A stretch of DNA of 63,561 nucleotides, filler included, from Vannella sp. (GCA_023345925.1; 7 parts of 7 records of this genome joined end to end with filler, not necessarily neighbours in it), one strand, 5' to 3'. Shown: positions 1-12,722, counted from the whole stretch's first letter. Program-made: numbers and translations. The notes: generated by a model not told the origin, from the letters alone.

Positions 1-192
1 TGGTTCAGATTGAAACTGTACAATCGCAAAGGAATATTTGAATCGTACAGCACCACGCTTTGCGGGTGTAGACTGTGAAACCAATAAGTGGGAGTTTACT
101 ACTTTCAACAATAAGAACGATTTCGAAAGGAATCCGGGAGAGCTAAATACTGCAGCCATTGAAGCATGGATTATGGGACAGGCAGTTGACCG

Positions 193-753
193 CTATTGGT
201 CCTTTGCGAACAACTTGGGCCAATACTCTGCATGCAGCCTTTCCGCTTGCTCTTGGAAGAAAGGGCCTTCGACTCGAATGGGTCGATTGCCTTTCGCCAA
301 GGTTTCTCGGGAACTTGCGAGGAAGTCTTCCCCTGCATGGCGCGCAAGTCCGCTTTCTGGACATGCGAACACTACTCGGTCGATACTGAAGCTCCAATAG
401 ATGGCTCCACAGCACATGATACATGGTTCTGTGCTTGTGAAAAGCTCAAATCCATCATGAAGGGAGTCTTGGTCTGATCCGCCTTCCTTTTTCTCGCCAA
501 TGAGGCTTCCCAGTGTACGAACAGCATTAAGTTCTGCATGCCCTGTGGGGTCCATGCATGTGTGGACAGTGTTTTGCGATTCCACGACCACACGACGAAC
601 GAATGTACCCTCCTCCTCTCCAACACCCTCCGCACTCTTCATCTTCCGGCGTTCCACTATCACACAACCAAAGGGATGGTTTCCAGCGTTAACAGCCTCT
701 TCACTCAGAGCTACCGCCCGTAACAGAAAGACTTGCTCTTCCTCAGGGAGCAT
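193..753 (-). CDS. Zn-dependent nucleoside/nucleotide deaminase (guanine deaminase/TadA-like, CDA superfamily), intronless
   Basis: Motifs GNHPFGCVIV, DPTGHAELNAVR and STEPCIMCCGAIYW give the HxE...PCxxC zinc-binding signature. Confidence 0.9.
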   Translation of the reverse strand: MLPEEEQVFLLRAVALSEEAVNAGNHPFGCVIVERRKMKSAEGVGEEEGTFVRRVVVESQNTVHTCMDPTGHAELNAVRTLGSLIGEKKEGGSDQDSLHDGFELFTSTEPCIMCCGAIYWSFSIDRVVFACPESGLARHAGEDFLASSRETLAKGNRPIRVEGPFFQEQAERLHAEYWPKLFAKDQ

Positions 754-898
754 GCACTCCTCGACCGAAAAGGTGGTGAAATGAAGGTGGTGAAATGTCC
801 GAGCATTTCACCTTGAGAAAACTCAAAAGTCTTCGCTTTTCTTGCCTGTCGGAACCTTCCTTTGATCGGCCATAAAGTAAGTCCGGAGCTATTGCTGC

Positions 899-1666
899 AT
901 GGAAGCCATGAAGGAAATGAGGAGGGTGGAGAAGGGAGAGTGGCCGTTGTCTCAGTCATTGCTGCGGGGAGTGGGGATCGTGGGAACGTGGAGTGCTCTT
1001 CACGTGTACTCTGTTTGGTTCTTGGATGCGGTGACGAACCCTGGCTTGGCAGCCGTTCTCTTTTGGACACAAGTGTGGCTCTCTGCTGGGCTCTTTATCA
1101 CTGCACATGACTGCATGCACGGATCATTCGCCCCGGGAAGTACGTGGGCAAATAAGTGGGCTGGATGTCTTTGCATGCGCCTCTACATGGGCTTCAACTT
1201 CCAGCTGTTCTTCAAGAAGCATTTCATGCATCACAAGCATGTTGGGACTGAACGTGATCCCGACTACGCGGTGGAGCACCAAGATAGCATCCCTCGCTGG
1301 TATCTCGACTTCCTCTTCTCTTACCTGGATTGGGACATGTTCTGGACTACTGGCACGCTAATGATAGTGTACTCCCTTATCCTGTGGGAGAGAACTCCTT
1401 ATCTATTCGGATTCTACGCGCTTCCTTCGCTGTTCTCCTCCTTCCAACTGTTCTTCTTTGGAACCTACTTGCCACACCGCGAGATCGCCAACGAAACCTT
1501 CAACAATGCCCACCACTCAAGATCAAGCAACTACCCTCCATGGCTGTCACTACTCACAAGCTTCCACTTCGGATACCACGAAGAACACCACCTTGCCCCC
1601 TCCGTCCCCTGGTGGGGTCTTCCCGTCCTCCGTCATGCACGTTTAAGCCCACCACAAGCCAAATAA
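899..1666 (+). CDS. crtW: Beta-carotene ketolase (CrtW/BKT type, membrane di-iron desaturase fold), intronless; start could be 899, 908 or 917
   Basis: Three His boxes (HDCMH, HFMHH, HEEHH) with CrtW-typical context: GLFITAHDCMHG, GTERDPDY, SSFQLFFFGTYLPHR, WLSLLTSFHFGYHEEHHLAPSVPWWGLP. Confidence 0.85.
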   Translation: MEAMKEMRRVEKGEWPLSQSLLRGVGIVGTWSALHVYSVWFLDAVTNPGLAAVLFWTQVWLSAGLFITAHDCMHGSFAPGSTWANKWAGCLCMRLYMGFNFQLFFKKHFMHHKHVGTERDPDYAVEHQDSIPRWYLDFLFSYLDWDMFWTTGTLMIVYSLILWERTPYLFGFYALPSLFSSFQLFFFGTYLPHREIANETFNNAHHSRSSNYPPWLSLLTSFHFGYHEEHHLAPSVPWWGLPVLRHARLSPPQAK

Positions 1667-1732
1667 CTAAAACCATCAGACAAGATACTTTCCCTTCATT
1701 TCATAAACACCCAATAATGTCGGACCAATCAG

Positions 1733-4700
1733 ATGCGAGGTGATTCCTTCGCGGTCCTTTGGGCCATGCCAGTCCCTCGTGGGCTTCTTTTGCTCTCCTA
1801 TCGATGGATACTGCCACCGCTGTTGGTGTCTAGTGCGTTGTTTAGGAGTACTTTCGCTGCTTTCGGGTATCTTCTGTTCTTCATGGGGATGCTTCTGGTG
1901 CGGCCTTCCGTGTATCGTCCTCGTTCAGGTAGGAAAGTCCGGGTGTATTGGCTTGTTATCTGATTGGTTGGGGTAGTGAGGTGTAGTATGGGTTTGGTAG
2001 CGCTTCTGGTGTGCTGGAGTACGTTCACCCTTATCGCCCAGCTTGTACTTGGCGTGTTGGCGCTTTGTGACATCCTACCTCGTGATCTTACCAGCCAAGA
2101 GATCATCCAGAACGCTATCGGGTTCTATTGGTCTGTTTACACCTCCAAAAGGGAGCTTCATACTGACTTCTCTTCAGGAACAACCCCACACCACTCCAGA
2201 TCGTCCAGATGGTTGTCCCTGATTGCGTCATCTTCCTACTCTCCGTCTTCACACTTGGATCTTTCTTCGGAGCGCCTTTTGATACGCCCATGATCATCAC
2301 TTGTAGGGCTTTCAAAAGGGTTGTTGGGAAATGTCTAACGCCATAGTGGGAACCTCTTAGCGAGTAAGGAAATGGAGCAAATGGCAAGACAGAGCTATAG
2401 AAATCTCAAGGGGGTCTCGAGATCTGCCTATATTGTGCGGATGACTCACAACTCAATCGATTGGGACGAGGCAATGACGCGCTATCTTCATGGCTACGTG
2501 CAGTTAGTGCTCTGCTATGTTGCTGGTATCATCTACCCGTCCCTCTTAACAATCTTCTATCTTGTGGGATCACTTATGGCCATTGTTGCGATTGCTTTCG
2601 GTGCTTCTATCTTTTGGCTTGAAATGATGTAAGTTCTTTCTCCTTCGCTCATGAGATGAAGGAATGACTTGGGATCAGATCATGGCCCATCATTCTGGTG
2701 ATAACTGCTGGCAATTTGGGTTACATGTACCTTAGCCAGTTCAATTATGGCGGGGTAAGCATCGCTACAGGCTACTTGATCGACACCGACCGTTCTGGCC
2801 TTTGGTTTGGTGGTCAATATTCGCTCTTGGAAATCGCGCCAATCATTGGAGAGTTCAGTGTACTGGTGATTATCTTAATGATGGCTGCCTATCGAGCTAA
2901 CGCAATGCTTGACTATCGTTCCAAGAGGCAGCTTCTCCAAGCTCGAATAATCCTCAAGAATCAGCCAGAACTACAAGCTATCGTAAGTTCTCCTGTTGAT
3001 GCTGCTACTAGTAGTTCAGGAGTTCCCACAATATTGAAAGCGGAGCCGGAGGACTTCGTCATTTTGGCTCGGTTCATCAAATCGTATGGATGGCCAATTA
3101 CTTTTGTGACTTATCTTTTCTCGTGCACTTTCACTCCTTCTCTCACACAAGCGGTGGTTTTGTTTGTGGTGATGTTCGGAACATCTCTCTTGCCAGCGAG
3201 AATCTTCCGAAAGATAATGCCACTCCTCTTGCTCTACTCTGTGTTCTTCATCTTTGCTCAAGTGGTGTATAATCTCGGATTTGACTTACCTGAGAGTGAC
3301 ACCCTCGCTAATTTCGGATTATTTTACTTTGAATCCTATATGGCGTCTATTGGCATCCAATGTGTGCCTGTGTTCTTATTGGCATCCTATTGGCGCTTTA
3401 GTTCGTACTATTCCCGAGTGAAAGCGGCCCAGAAGAAAGCTCGCCAAGTGCGCCGTGAACGCTCTTACTCTGATATGAGTGTTGAGTCTGACGGGGAAGA
3501 GGACAACATCTTATTTGTGGAAAAAGAAAGCAAGTCAGCAAGAAATCAGAAAAAATTGAGAGCCATCGAGGCTGAGATAACAAAAAAGGCTGCTCCACCT
3601 GCGTCTCTTAAAGAGAGGCTCATCAGCATTGGAGAGAGCTTCTTCGAGTGGATCCAACGCTTGTTTAATTTGGGATGGCAAATATTCTTGAAGAACTCGT
3701 ACTATTTCACCCTTTTAGCGATGCTATTGTGCAGTTTGATTTCGGCTAATCTGTTCAACTTTGGCTACCTCTGCTTCTTCATGTTCTTCTTGATCTCTCG
3801 CAAGCTTGCGTTGATGTTATGGATCTTTCTGGTGATCTACACGGAGACAACAATCATGATTATTTACGTTTGGCAGGTGTCATGGACCAAGTCTTTAGAT
3901 AGTCATGCAGCTGCGAACTGGTTCGGGCTCCAGCATTACGACCTATTGATGTCTGGGCTCTTTGTTCCTCTCACTATTTTCATCTTTTCACTTGCACAGC
4001 TTGCTCTAATCCAAGTGTTCAGGAAGAGGCTTCAGAAGCGCGGATTGAATCTCAGAAACTCGGAGGTCTCTGCAGAAGACTTTGATAAGGAGGTGATTGA
4101 TCTTGGGCCGATTGCTCGCATGTCTCTCAATACTCTCGAGATGTGCATTCAGCAATTCAGTCTCCCTATTTGTTATGTTGTCTTCTTTGCGGTCGCTCTG
4201 ATCGGCAATTATGATCTCTTCTCGTTCTACTACCTGGTTGTAGTTTATGTTTGCTTGTTGCTCCACGAAATCTTTGTTGATGCAGAGGCAAAAATTGCAT
4301 TGTTCTGGTCTGCAACAATCTTAAGTAGTGGAGCCATCCTCGTGGGTCTATACTTTTTCCAGTTCGAGAGTATTGCGGAGTGGCTCATCTCAATTTACCC
4401 TAGCAACAATTGTGAGTCAATCAGTCCGGTTTTAGTGCTGAACTAACCAATTCCAGATCTCACATTGTCTGATATCGGACTAAGTTCCGAAGGTGCATAC
4501 CTCGCACTCTTGGGCACTTCGTGTGTTTTCTTTTTAAGCGTTCTACAGTTCCGTGCATTCATCATTAATGCCAAGCACTCAATGTGGGCTAAACGAAGGA
4601 ACTATCTGGAAATCTCTGATGCAACTGAGTTGGCCGAAATGATCGAAGAGGACGCAGACTGGAGAGACGTTCGCCAAGTGAGAGATTTTCTGGCCCTGTT

Positions 4701-7700
4701 GAAGCGTGGTCTTGTTCTTCACGCTGACAAGATCTCGCTGATTATCGCTTTTGGAGCAGTCATCGGATCTGTTAGTCTCTTGAACGATCTTTTGGTTCTA
4801 TTTGTGATTGTTGGACTGATTATGCCCCGCGGATTGAACACGATTGGGCTCATTGTAGTATTCTTCTGCCAAATGGTCACATTCTTCCTCTATGCAAACC
4901 AATTCAAAGGGTTCATCTACTTCCTGCAGACCTATCTGTTTTCTAATAACGACAGCCTTACTCAGGAATGGATGAGTTGGATAGGTATACCATACAGCAC
5001 CAACTTAATTCATGATTGTGTCATGTACAACCTCCTTATGGCTGCCTTACTCGTCGAGCGCATCGCTAATCGATGGCGTAAAGACGCTGATATCGTCTCT
5101 CTGAAAACAGAATACGGCGAGCCGTGCCCTCTTTTCTTGGTATCCAAGAGCCGGCTCCGCAAGCAGTATGAAGATGCCATCAATGATCACGAGAATCCGG
5201 TTTTATCTCAAAAGAATCTTCAGTACTTTGTTGATCTTGGTTGCTGGTATGCCTCTAACTTTTATCGCAAGCATGGAACCTATGTAAGTTCACTTTTTGT
5301 TGTGTAATGTTGCTGTGCTGACATGTAGTGAAGCTGTTTACTTTCTCAATGCTCATTGCCTTGTCTCTAAGGTACAATATGTGGAGCGTGATAGAGATCT
5401 TCCTGGTTGCTGTTTGTTTAGTGTATCCTCGATTTGTCCTCAAATTTTCATTGCTACTTACGATTGCATTCTCATTTTTGCTTGTATTCGAGTACACAAC
5501 ATTCTTAGGACCCTCTCCCAACTTTATGCAGTCACCTTGGAGTCAGTGGAACGCTGATGTACAGGCCTGGTTTACCTTGGGAGCCACATACAACCTCAAG
5601 ACCATCTATGCAGATTTCTTCTGCGCTCTTTTAGTGTCGTATTTGTACAAGTCCCACTTCTTATCAAAGGGAAGCACACCGAAACCATCTGATATTGAGA
5701 AACTTGTGGATATCAATCCAGGACTGAAACCTCTCATTGATGAGTCGAGTTCACTACGCTCCTTTGGTTCTATGAAGTCTTTTGCCAGCTACCACAGCCT
5801 GAACGGAGAAGAGGCCCCCATCTCTGAGGAAACCATCGAGTTCCGAGTGTCTCAAGCAGGAACATCTGAAGAGACAAAGGAGATTGCGATGATGGCTCTC
5901 CAAGAAAACGAGGTTGATGACATTATGAAGACTCAAGGAGACTTGCGAAGTAAGAAGTCAGGCATTATCGATGCAATTCACTCTCATCAAGGAGCTATTT
6001 TGGAAGGATCTTCTGGAGCTGTATTCCGCTTCACATCATGGCGAGACAGGATGCTCTACATGGTCTTCCGATACTCTTTCCACTTTATCATGCTCTTCAT
6101 GTTCATGGCTGCCACTGCACAAGCAAATTTGCTTAGTCTGGGTTACGTTGGATTTGCCCTATTCTTCGTGTACAAAGATACTCTCCTTTATGAGCGTAAG
6201 AATGATCTTTGGCGCTGGGGCCGAATTTATAATTACGCTCTAATGGTTCTCATTATCATTTACCAGTTCCCTTATTTCCCTGGCTGTGTCCCAGCCTGCA
6301 CACTCAACTGCCCTTTATGTGACCCTTGGGCTATTCAACCCATAGTGGGACTGGAGAAGTTTGCTAACGCGGGAGATGTCTTCACATCACGTGGTATTCT
6401 CTTTGATTTGATCATTTTCTTCCTTATGACCATCCAGGCGATGATCTTTGACACTCCTCTTTTCCAACGGGTCGCGAATCACATCAAGGAAGAACGCAAA
6501 ATCGCTCTTTACAGAGCCAAGCTCCGATATTTGGCCTTCCTAAGAAAGGAGGAGCGCGCGATTCAAAGAATGCAAGATGAGAAAGCCCGGAGAACAAACC
6601 GATTGGAGAAGATCAAGGAATACCGAGAAGGAAAGCAGTATCTCTTAACTGCGCTTGCGAAGGCAAATGAAGAGGAACCAGAAGAGGCTATCTCTTTGGA
6701 GCCTGGAGTTCGAAAACCAATTCTAGGTGTCCCAGAGCGGGATGAGTCTCACGATGCGTTCTCCCAACAACACGACAGTGAAGAATTACCTGAAGGTGAG
6801 GAGGCTCACCGCTTGGAAGACTACAACGAAGACCACATTTTATCAGTAGAGATCGAAGAAGACGTGGAGAGAGAGATTTCAACTCTCTTCGTCAGTATTG
6901 AGAGCTTTTTGGAATTGGAGCCCCAATCTGAAGCAAATGGCGGCTCAGACGATTCCTCAATCAAGTCTGAGGATCTCCTAACTACTAGTGAGAAGATTCT
7001 AGGGTACAAGGATTGGGTGGTCACTTATTGCCGCCGCGCTTCCGACGCGATCTATTCTCGTATCGTCCGATATCTCTATTCTGTCACGTTTACCAAGCCA
7101 GATCCTTCCCAATCTCGCTTCCATGTGTGCTGCAGAGGCATGTACTACTACTCTATTAATCGCTCGCATATTCTTTGCTACTTGGCGTTCATACTGAACA
7201 ACTTAATGTACGCCAATATCCTTTCTCTGGTGTACCCAACGTTGGCCTTTGGCTTTGCTCTGATGGAGTCTCCCGTTCCAGCAAAGACCTTTTGGCGATT
7301 GTGCATTATCTACACTTACGCAGTCATCGTTGTCAAGTTCATGTTCCAAATGAGTGTATTTGCGGTGTGTTATACGGACTCTTCATGGTATTTCTGGGCT
7401 TTGGAGCCTTTTGTAACAAGCAAACAGTATGGACTTTGCTCAACATCGTTCTATGACTCTTCCGTGATCATTAGAGACTTACCAGAGCTGTTTGGTATCA
7501 TCAAGGTCAGCCAATTCTTTGCTTTGGAGATTGGAATGGATTTACTGGTTTTGATGGCACTCTTACTGCATCGGAATGTCTCGAAGAAGACTGGACTCTG
7601 GATTTACCTGACAGAGAGACACGCAACAGTTTATGATCAATTTGTTGTATCCGTGGAGCAGAAGGCCGACAAAAAGAGAATTAAGAAAGAGAAGAAAGAG

Positions 7701-9876
7701 AAGAAGAAGGAGCGCATCAGGCAGCACATTGCGAAGAAGAATGAAGAGGCACGACGTGCTAAAGAAGAGCGCCGCAAACGAAGGGCGGCGGCCAAGGTGG
7801 AAGAAGGAATGTCTGATACTGACTCTCTATACTCTCTTGGAAGCCTTGATTATTCAGAAAGATCTGGATCCTTGCCCACAAGCCCCATCATTTCGCCAAT
7901 GTCCGAACCTTCTATTACAATAGACCTTGTGAAGAAGGAGGATCCCATTGAGGAGGAGATTGACGTTGTTAAAGAGGAGAGCGAACACAAAGTACCTGAC
8001 GAGTTCGAAGCAGAAGTTGATATCTCCTCTGCTCTCTCTCTCTTGAGTACATTCAAGCTATCCATCCACTTCTACTACCACCGTATTCTCTCCCATAAGG
8101 CCACAGCAAAAGACTACTATGTTCCCATGTTTACAGTGGAGGTGCTGGCCTTCTTCTTCATGCTTCTTTGCCAGAATTCATTCACTTACAATCCACCAAG
8201 TGAATATTCTTTCATTCTTCTCGAGAGCCGAATCCCGACGAGCTTCTTCCTTCTCTTGCTGATCCAATTCCTCATCATTGTCTTCGACCGAATCATTTAC
8301 TTGTTCCGCAGCGTCCTAGCCAAAGTCATCATCCAGTACACCACACTTGTGTACTACACTCTCCTGCTCTTCTTCGTTTTGCCACAGGGTAGAGGACGTG
8401 AATTTGATGAGCAGATTGTCCTTTTAGTGTTTTACATCCTCCAGTGCATTTACTGGTGGTATTCAGCTCTTCAAATCTGTGAAGGCTATCCAGTTGATAT
8501 CCAACGCCGCTGGATTACCAAGCGCTACAACATGATTCATCGCTATCTCTTTGAAGTGTATTTGATTATCCCCTTCCTCTTTGAACTGCGTTCCATGTTA
8601 GATTGGGCTGTATTCGATACCACTCTGAGCTTCTTCCAATGGATGAAGCTGGAGGATATCTACCGCAACCTCTTCCAAGTTAAATGCAAACGCGTTGCAG
8701 AAGACCAGAATGACTGGTATCAGAAACAAGCCTTCCTTACGAAGAACCTTGTCGGATTTCTGATGTTCATTGGACTAATCATTCTCCTTTGGTTCCCTTT
8801 GTTCCTTTTGAGCTCTGCCAATCCCACAAATCAGCCGAACCCAACTATTTCTGCAAAGTTCGAGGTGGAGGTTGACGGATTCACTCCTTTCTACCTCAAT
8901 GACCAAGACCAAGAGTTCTCTACTGCCACAGACTCTCAATTTAGTACCATACGGAAGGCTTTCCCAGCAGTTCAAGGCGATTCTGCGATAGACACACAGA
9001 TAATGAATCTACAGATCTTTTCAGATCATGTCTGGGTGATGACCCCTCCCTCTAAACAGAACCTGTACCGCACATTGATGGCACAGGAAAAGCCAGTATC
9101 AATGATCTTCAAGTACTCCTTCAGGCGGGCACAGCCGCCGGGCTCTGAAGTCTTGTTTGGAGAAACCCAAGTCATGTTGAACATGACCCAACGAACCCAA
9201 TTAGCTCAAATGATTGACGGGCACAACCAAACTCAATGTATTGTAATTCCCCAGTTGATCCCACGCCTCTACAAGCTTCCCAATGCAGGAATCATTGCAA
9301 CTCCTGACCCTTCAAGCAACAATTTGGATGTCATATTGGCGCTGAATAGGACAATCTACCCGCAGTCCATCACTTCTGGAGAGAAAACGGAAAATATTGA
9401 AGTGCTCTTACCTTACTGGTACATCTCGAACCGGAATGTATCACAGCGGTATGTTAATAATGAGAAGACTGTTCAACTCAATCCGCAGTTGATTGTGGTG
9501 TCTGCGGAGCTTCCATCCTTCTTCAGCGCTTCGCTGGCGGCGTCTGGTATTGTCGGTCTCTGTAAGTAACCTCTCCCGTATGTAAGTCGTGAAACTCATC
9601 CATTCGATAGACGTGACTATCGTACTTGCTGTTGGTAGATTCCTGCGAATGTCAGTCAGTGACATGCAGTACAATATCATCTTCGAAGATCTTCCGGAGC
9701 CGATGGACCTGATTACTGTTTGCGAAGACATCTTTATGGCGCGAGAAGATCATGATATGAGACTCGAGCGTGACTTGTACAACGAACTGATTCAATTATA
9801 CCGCTCTCCAGAAACTTTGATTGCAGTCACCAAGCGCAAGGTTCCTCCACCACCCGGATATGGCACTTCTATTTGA
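1733..9876 (+). CDS. PIEZO: Piezo-type mechanosensitive channel, multi-exon
   Basis: Chain of hydrophobic ORFs (1733, 1964, 2372, 2698, 4465, 5328, 9589) joined by short GT-AG introns such as 2131-2177 and 2303-2360. Contains the Piezo hallmark PFLFELRSMLDWAVFDTTLSFFQWMKLEDIY and the C-terminal LITVCEDIFMARE...LIQLYRSPETLI. Confidence 0.93.
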
Positions 9877-11064
9877 TTCCTTTTCTCTCTTTAATGAATA
9901 ATGACTTCACTAAGAGCACTTCAATTGAAATAGTCCTTTAGATGGATCCATTGGTTGGGTAAGACTGCCTCCTGATACCTCACCATCATGTCAAGTCCAG
10001 ATCTTCCAGGTATCAAAAAAGGATGAGAACGTCAAGAGCTACTGAAGTCTACTACAGCCTTGTACATCCCAACGTTAGAAATCAATGCTCTCTAACCCCT
10101 TTCATCCGCAGGAACGATTCCCATTTGTTCCGGTTGGGATCCGGATCTCCCCTTCCGGTGATGCAGAGGGTGATTTAATGAATGAAACCTCCTTCACTTG
10201 GTTGGTTTCAATTTGCTTGTACTTGGCGGAGCAGAACCTTCCTCAGGGATCGAACTGCAACAGGTTAACGATCTCCCTGATGGTTGTCCGATGTCTCTTG
10301 GGATTATCGATCCGAAATGAATGGGAAGTGGCAAGAAGGGTTCATCCGTGACAACTGTGGGAGCTTACAAAGAGCGAAAGGGCAGAGTAGCAGCATCGTT
10401 GCTTGAGTTGGAACTTTGAAGGAAAAGATGCTTTTACTTGACTGGTTCTCAGGACAGAATGAGTCCAGGGAGCGACATGCAGTGGCGCATCAACTTCTTC
10501 TCTATTTTCCTGCGGTTAGAGGCCTCACTCGTGATCCTTGATCCTCACGTAGGGTGTTGTAAAGGGAGCTACACCATTGATTATCACGAGGAAGAGAAAA
10601 GCGGCTCAGCCACTCTTCTTCACTCGCATTTGCAGACTTCAGAGAAGCTTCTGGTAGAACTTGAAATCTAGGTCTTGGCCTTTCGCCATTGCAACGCCTC
10701 ACATCAAGGCTTTGTGGTCGACGTCCACTTTGTTCTCCAAGGGCGGCGCTGCATCAGCTTCATGCAAGGCATGAAAAGGCCAAACAAAGCGATAGAAGCA
10801 CTTAGATGAAGGTCTCTGATCGTCCTCTTGCTGTTCGGGCAAGAGATGAGCCAGAATGAGGTTTGATGAAGAACCGAACGAAGCGGACCTCGCCTTCACA
10901 CACACACAACGGATCACAGACACCATATCACTCAAAACTCTTCATCTTCGATCAAACAACCCACTCCGTTGAAGTCAGACCTGGCCCGAGAGGTCGCGCA
11001 CCTGCCAGAGAAGGAATAGAATGACCGGAGATGTCCGTATTTGGACATTTAGGGAAAACGAATA

Positions 11065-11631
11065 TTAGTCTGAAGGGGTCCCTTCAACAGGTGCCATAGT
11101 CATTGGGAGGATCAAAATTCCAAAGTAAATCAAGGAGAGTGGGAAATCAGGGTCAAACAGGTCGGACATTGGCGCATCTCCCTCAACGGGGGGGAAAGCA
11201 TGAGGATCAGTACTGGTCGACAAGTTTGAAGTACTTCTTTTCCGGTCACTCTTCTCGCACCAAAGTATGCCCAGCGTACGACGAGAGGGGAGAAGCTGGA
11301 CGTTGAAAACCCAAAGCTTGATGGCTGGAGGGGCTTCCTGGTTGCGTGAACGCGTGTTTAACTTGAAGAACGAGGCTTCTTTGTCCCCACTAGGGCTTGT
11401 TAGAGTCTTCTTCCCTCGACTTTGGTTCCAAATCCAATCTTCCTCTCTGGGAAGTTGGGAAGTCGAAATGGCACCTTCATGCACGCTCAAATGGCCCTCC
11501 GAGCAGACGACTTCAATACTGGGAATCTCCTTTGTAACATTCAGAGCTTCCACTCTCAACACACCCTCCAAAACGCCAACAGCTTGCTGGCATTCAGGAG
11601 TGAGACGCTCGGAAGAGAGAAACATCCTCAC
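11065..11631 (-). CDS. Hypothetical protein, paralog of 12153-12755 (start codon uncertain)
   Basis: Shares blocks EIPSI, GHLS.H.GA, LPRE..WIWNQSRG.K, KLNTRSR, KLWVF.V and ILWCEKSD with the neighbouring ORF. Confidence 0.75.
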   Translation of the reverse strand: MRMFLSSERLTPECQQAVGVLEGVLRVEALNVTKEIPSIEVVCSEGHLSVHEGAISTSQLPREEDWIWNQSRGKKTLTSPSGDKEASFFKLNTRSRNQEAPPAIKLWVFNVQLLPSRRTLGILWCEKSDRKRSTSNLSTSTDPHAFPPVEGDAPMSDLFDPDFPLSLIYFGILILPMTMAPVEGTPSD

Positions 11632-12152
11632 TCAGTGTTTTGTTGGCGGTTGCTGGAAATAATGACTGACTTCTTCGAAGAATAAGAGTACCTAAGTGCG
11701 TTCTGTTCTATTTTGAGCTGTTTGATTCTATTCTCAGAACGAATGAACCGACCAAATGGACCAATACCCCTCTTTGAGAGCGTTGCTCTTCCCTGGGATG
11801 AAACAGTGTTGAGGGTGTGCTTGTTGAGTGTCAGGAAGGGTGTGAGTGGGAACTTGGGTGGTGGGAGGAGCTGGTTCGTGGTGTGGAGGAGCTCTGAAGA
11901 GGATAGGCGAGCCTTGTGGACTCGAAACGTCGCTTGTTCTCAGCTTTCCACTTGGTTCTTAAGAGTACACTCGCCACTGTGGCTAGAAAGGACCCAATCA
12001 TGGTCATCAAAGCGAGGAGATCAAACCTCTCGTCCAGAAGTCTCCACAGACCGACTACAGAGGCACTTAGTGTCAAGCTACGTCCTCTCTGAAGCACTCT
12101 CCTTCCCCAGCTCCAACAGAGGAGCGATGGAGTGGGAGCTGGAAAGTGAGGT

Positions 12153-12722
12153 TTAGCTGATCTTGTAGATGGGGGGATCCACATCCCAGCATATCTCATA
12201 CTGAACTTCCTCCTCTACAGGTAGGTGAGGTGGTTGGTAGTAGATGGCAGGTTGCTGAGGCAATTGAGGCAATAGGGGCTGTACGGCTGCCGGGGCAGCC
12301 TCTGGGGCGTGGCGAGAGCCCAAGAAGGCGATGGAAGGAGGTAAATAGTCGCTCTTCTCACACCATAGTATGCTGTACGTTCGCTGGAGAGGCATAATCT
12401 CCACAGTAAATACCCACAGCTTCACCAAGGGAGCTGTGGTGGCGCGTGATCGTGTGTTAAGCTTGATGTAAGAGATCTGCTTGTCACCTTGGAAGCTCCC
12501 AATACTCTTTCTGCCCCGACTTTGATTCCAGATCCACCCATGCTCACGAGGGAGGCCCGTTGTTGTGAGAGCACCCGCATGAATGCTCAGATGTCCTTGT
12601 CGGCAGATAGCCCCAATACTGGGGATCTCCTGCGTAGGGGAATGCGCCAGTGAATGAAGCGCAGTCTCTACCATCCTCAGCGCTTGAGCTAACTCGGGAG
12701 GGACGCGACTTCTCTCCGACAT
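12153..12722 (-). CDS. Hypothetical protein, paralog of 11065-11631, with a Pro/Gln-rich tail
   Basis: Same conserved blocks as the neighbouring ORF; likely start MSERSRV; C-terminal PLLPQLPQQPAIYYQPP. Confidence 0.75.
   Translation of the reverse strand: MSERSRVPPELAQALRMVETALHSLAHSPTQEIPSIGAICRQGHLSIHAGALTTTGLPREHGWIWNQSRGRKSIGSFQGDKQISYIKLNTRSRATTAPLVKLWVFTVEIMPLQRTYSILWCEKSDYLPPSIAFLGSRHAPEAAPAAVQPLLPQLPQQPAIYYQPPHLPVEEEVQYEICWDVDPPIYKIS

Noticed and set aside
14..195. Possible thioredoxin/PDI-like C-terminal fragment (FAGVDCETNK...AAIEAWI)
   Set aside because: Truncated at the window edge, exon structure unresolved, motif too weak.
9900..10960. Probable multi-exon minus-strand gene (splice-like signals such as CTAACCGCAG)
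   Set aside because: I could not build a consistent reading frame or recognise a domain.
11713..12156. 147-aa plus-strand ORF between the two paralogs
   Set aside because: No recognisable motif; may be real but is unsupported.
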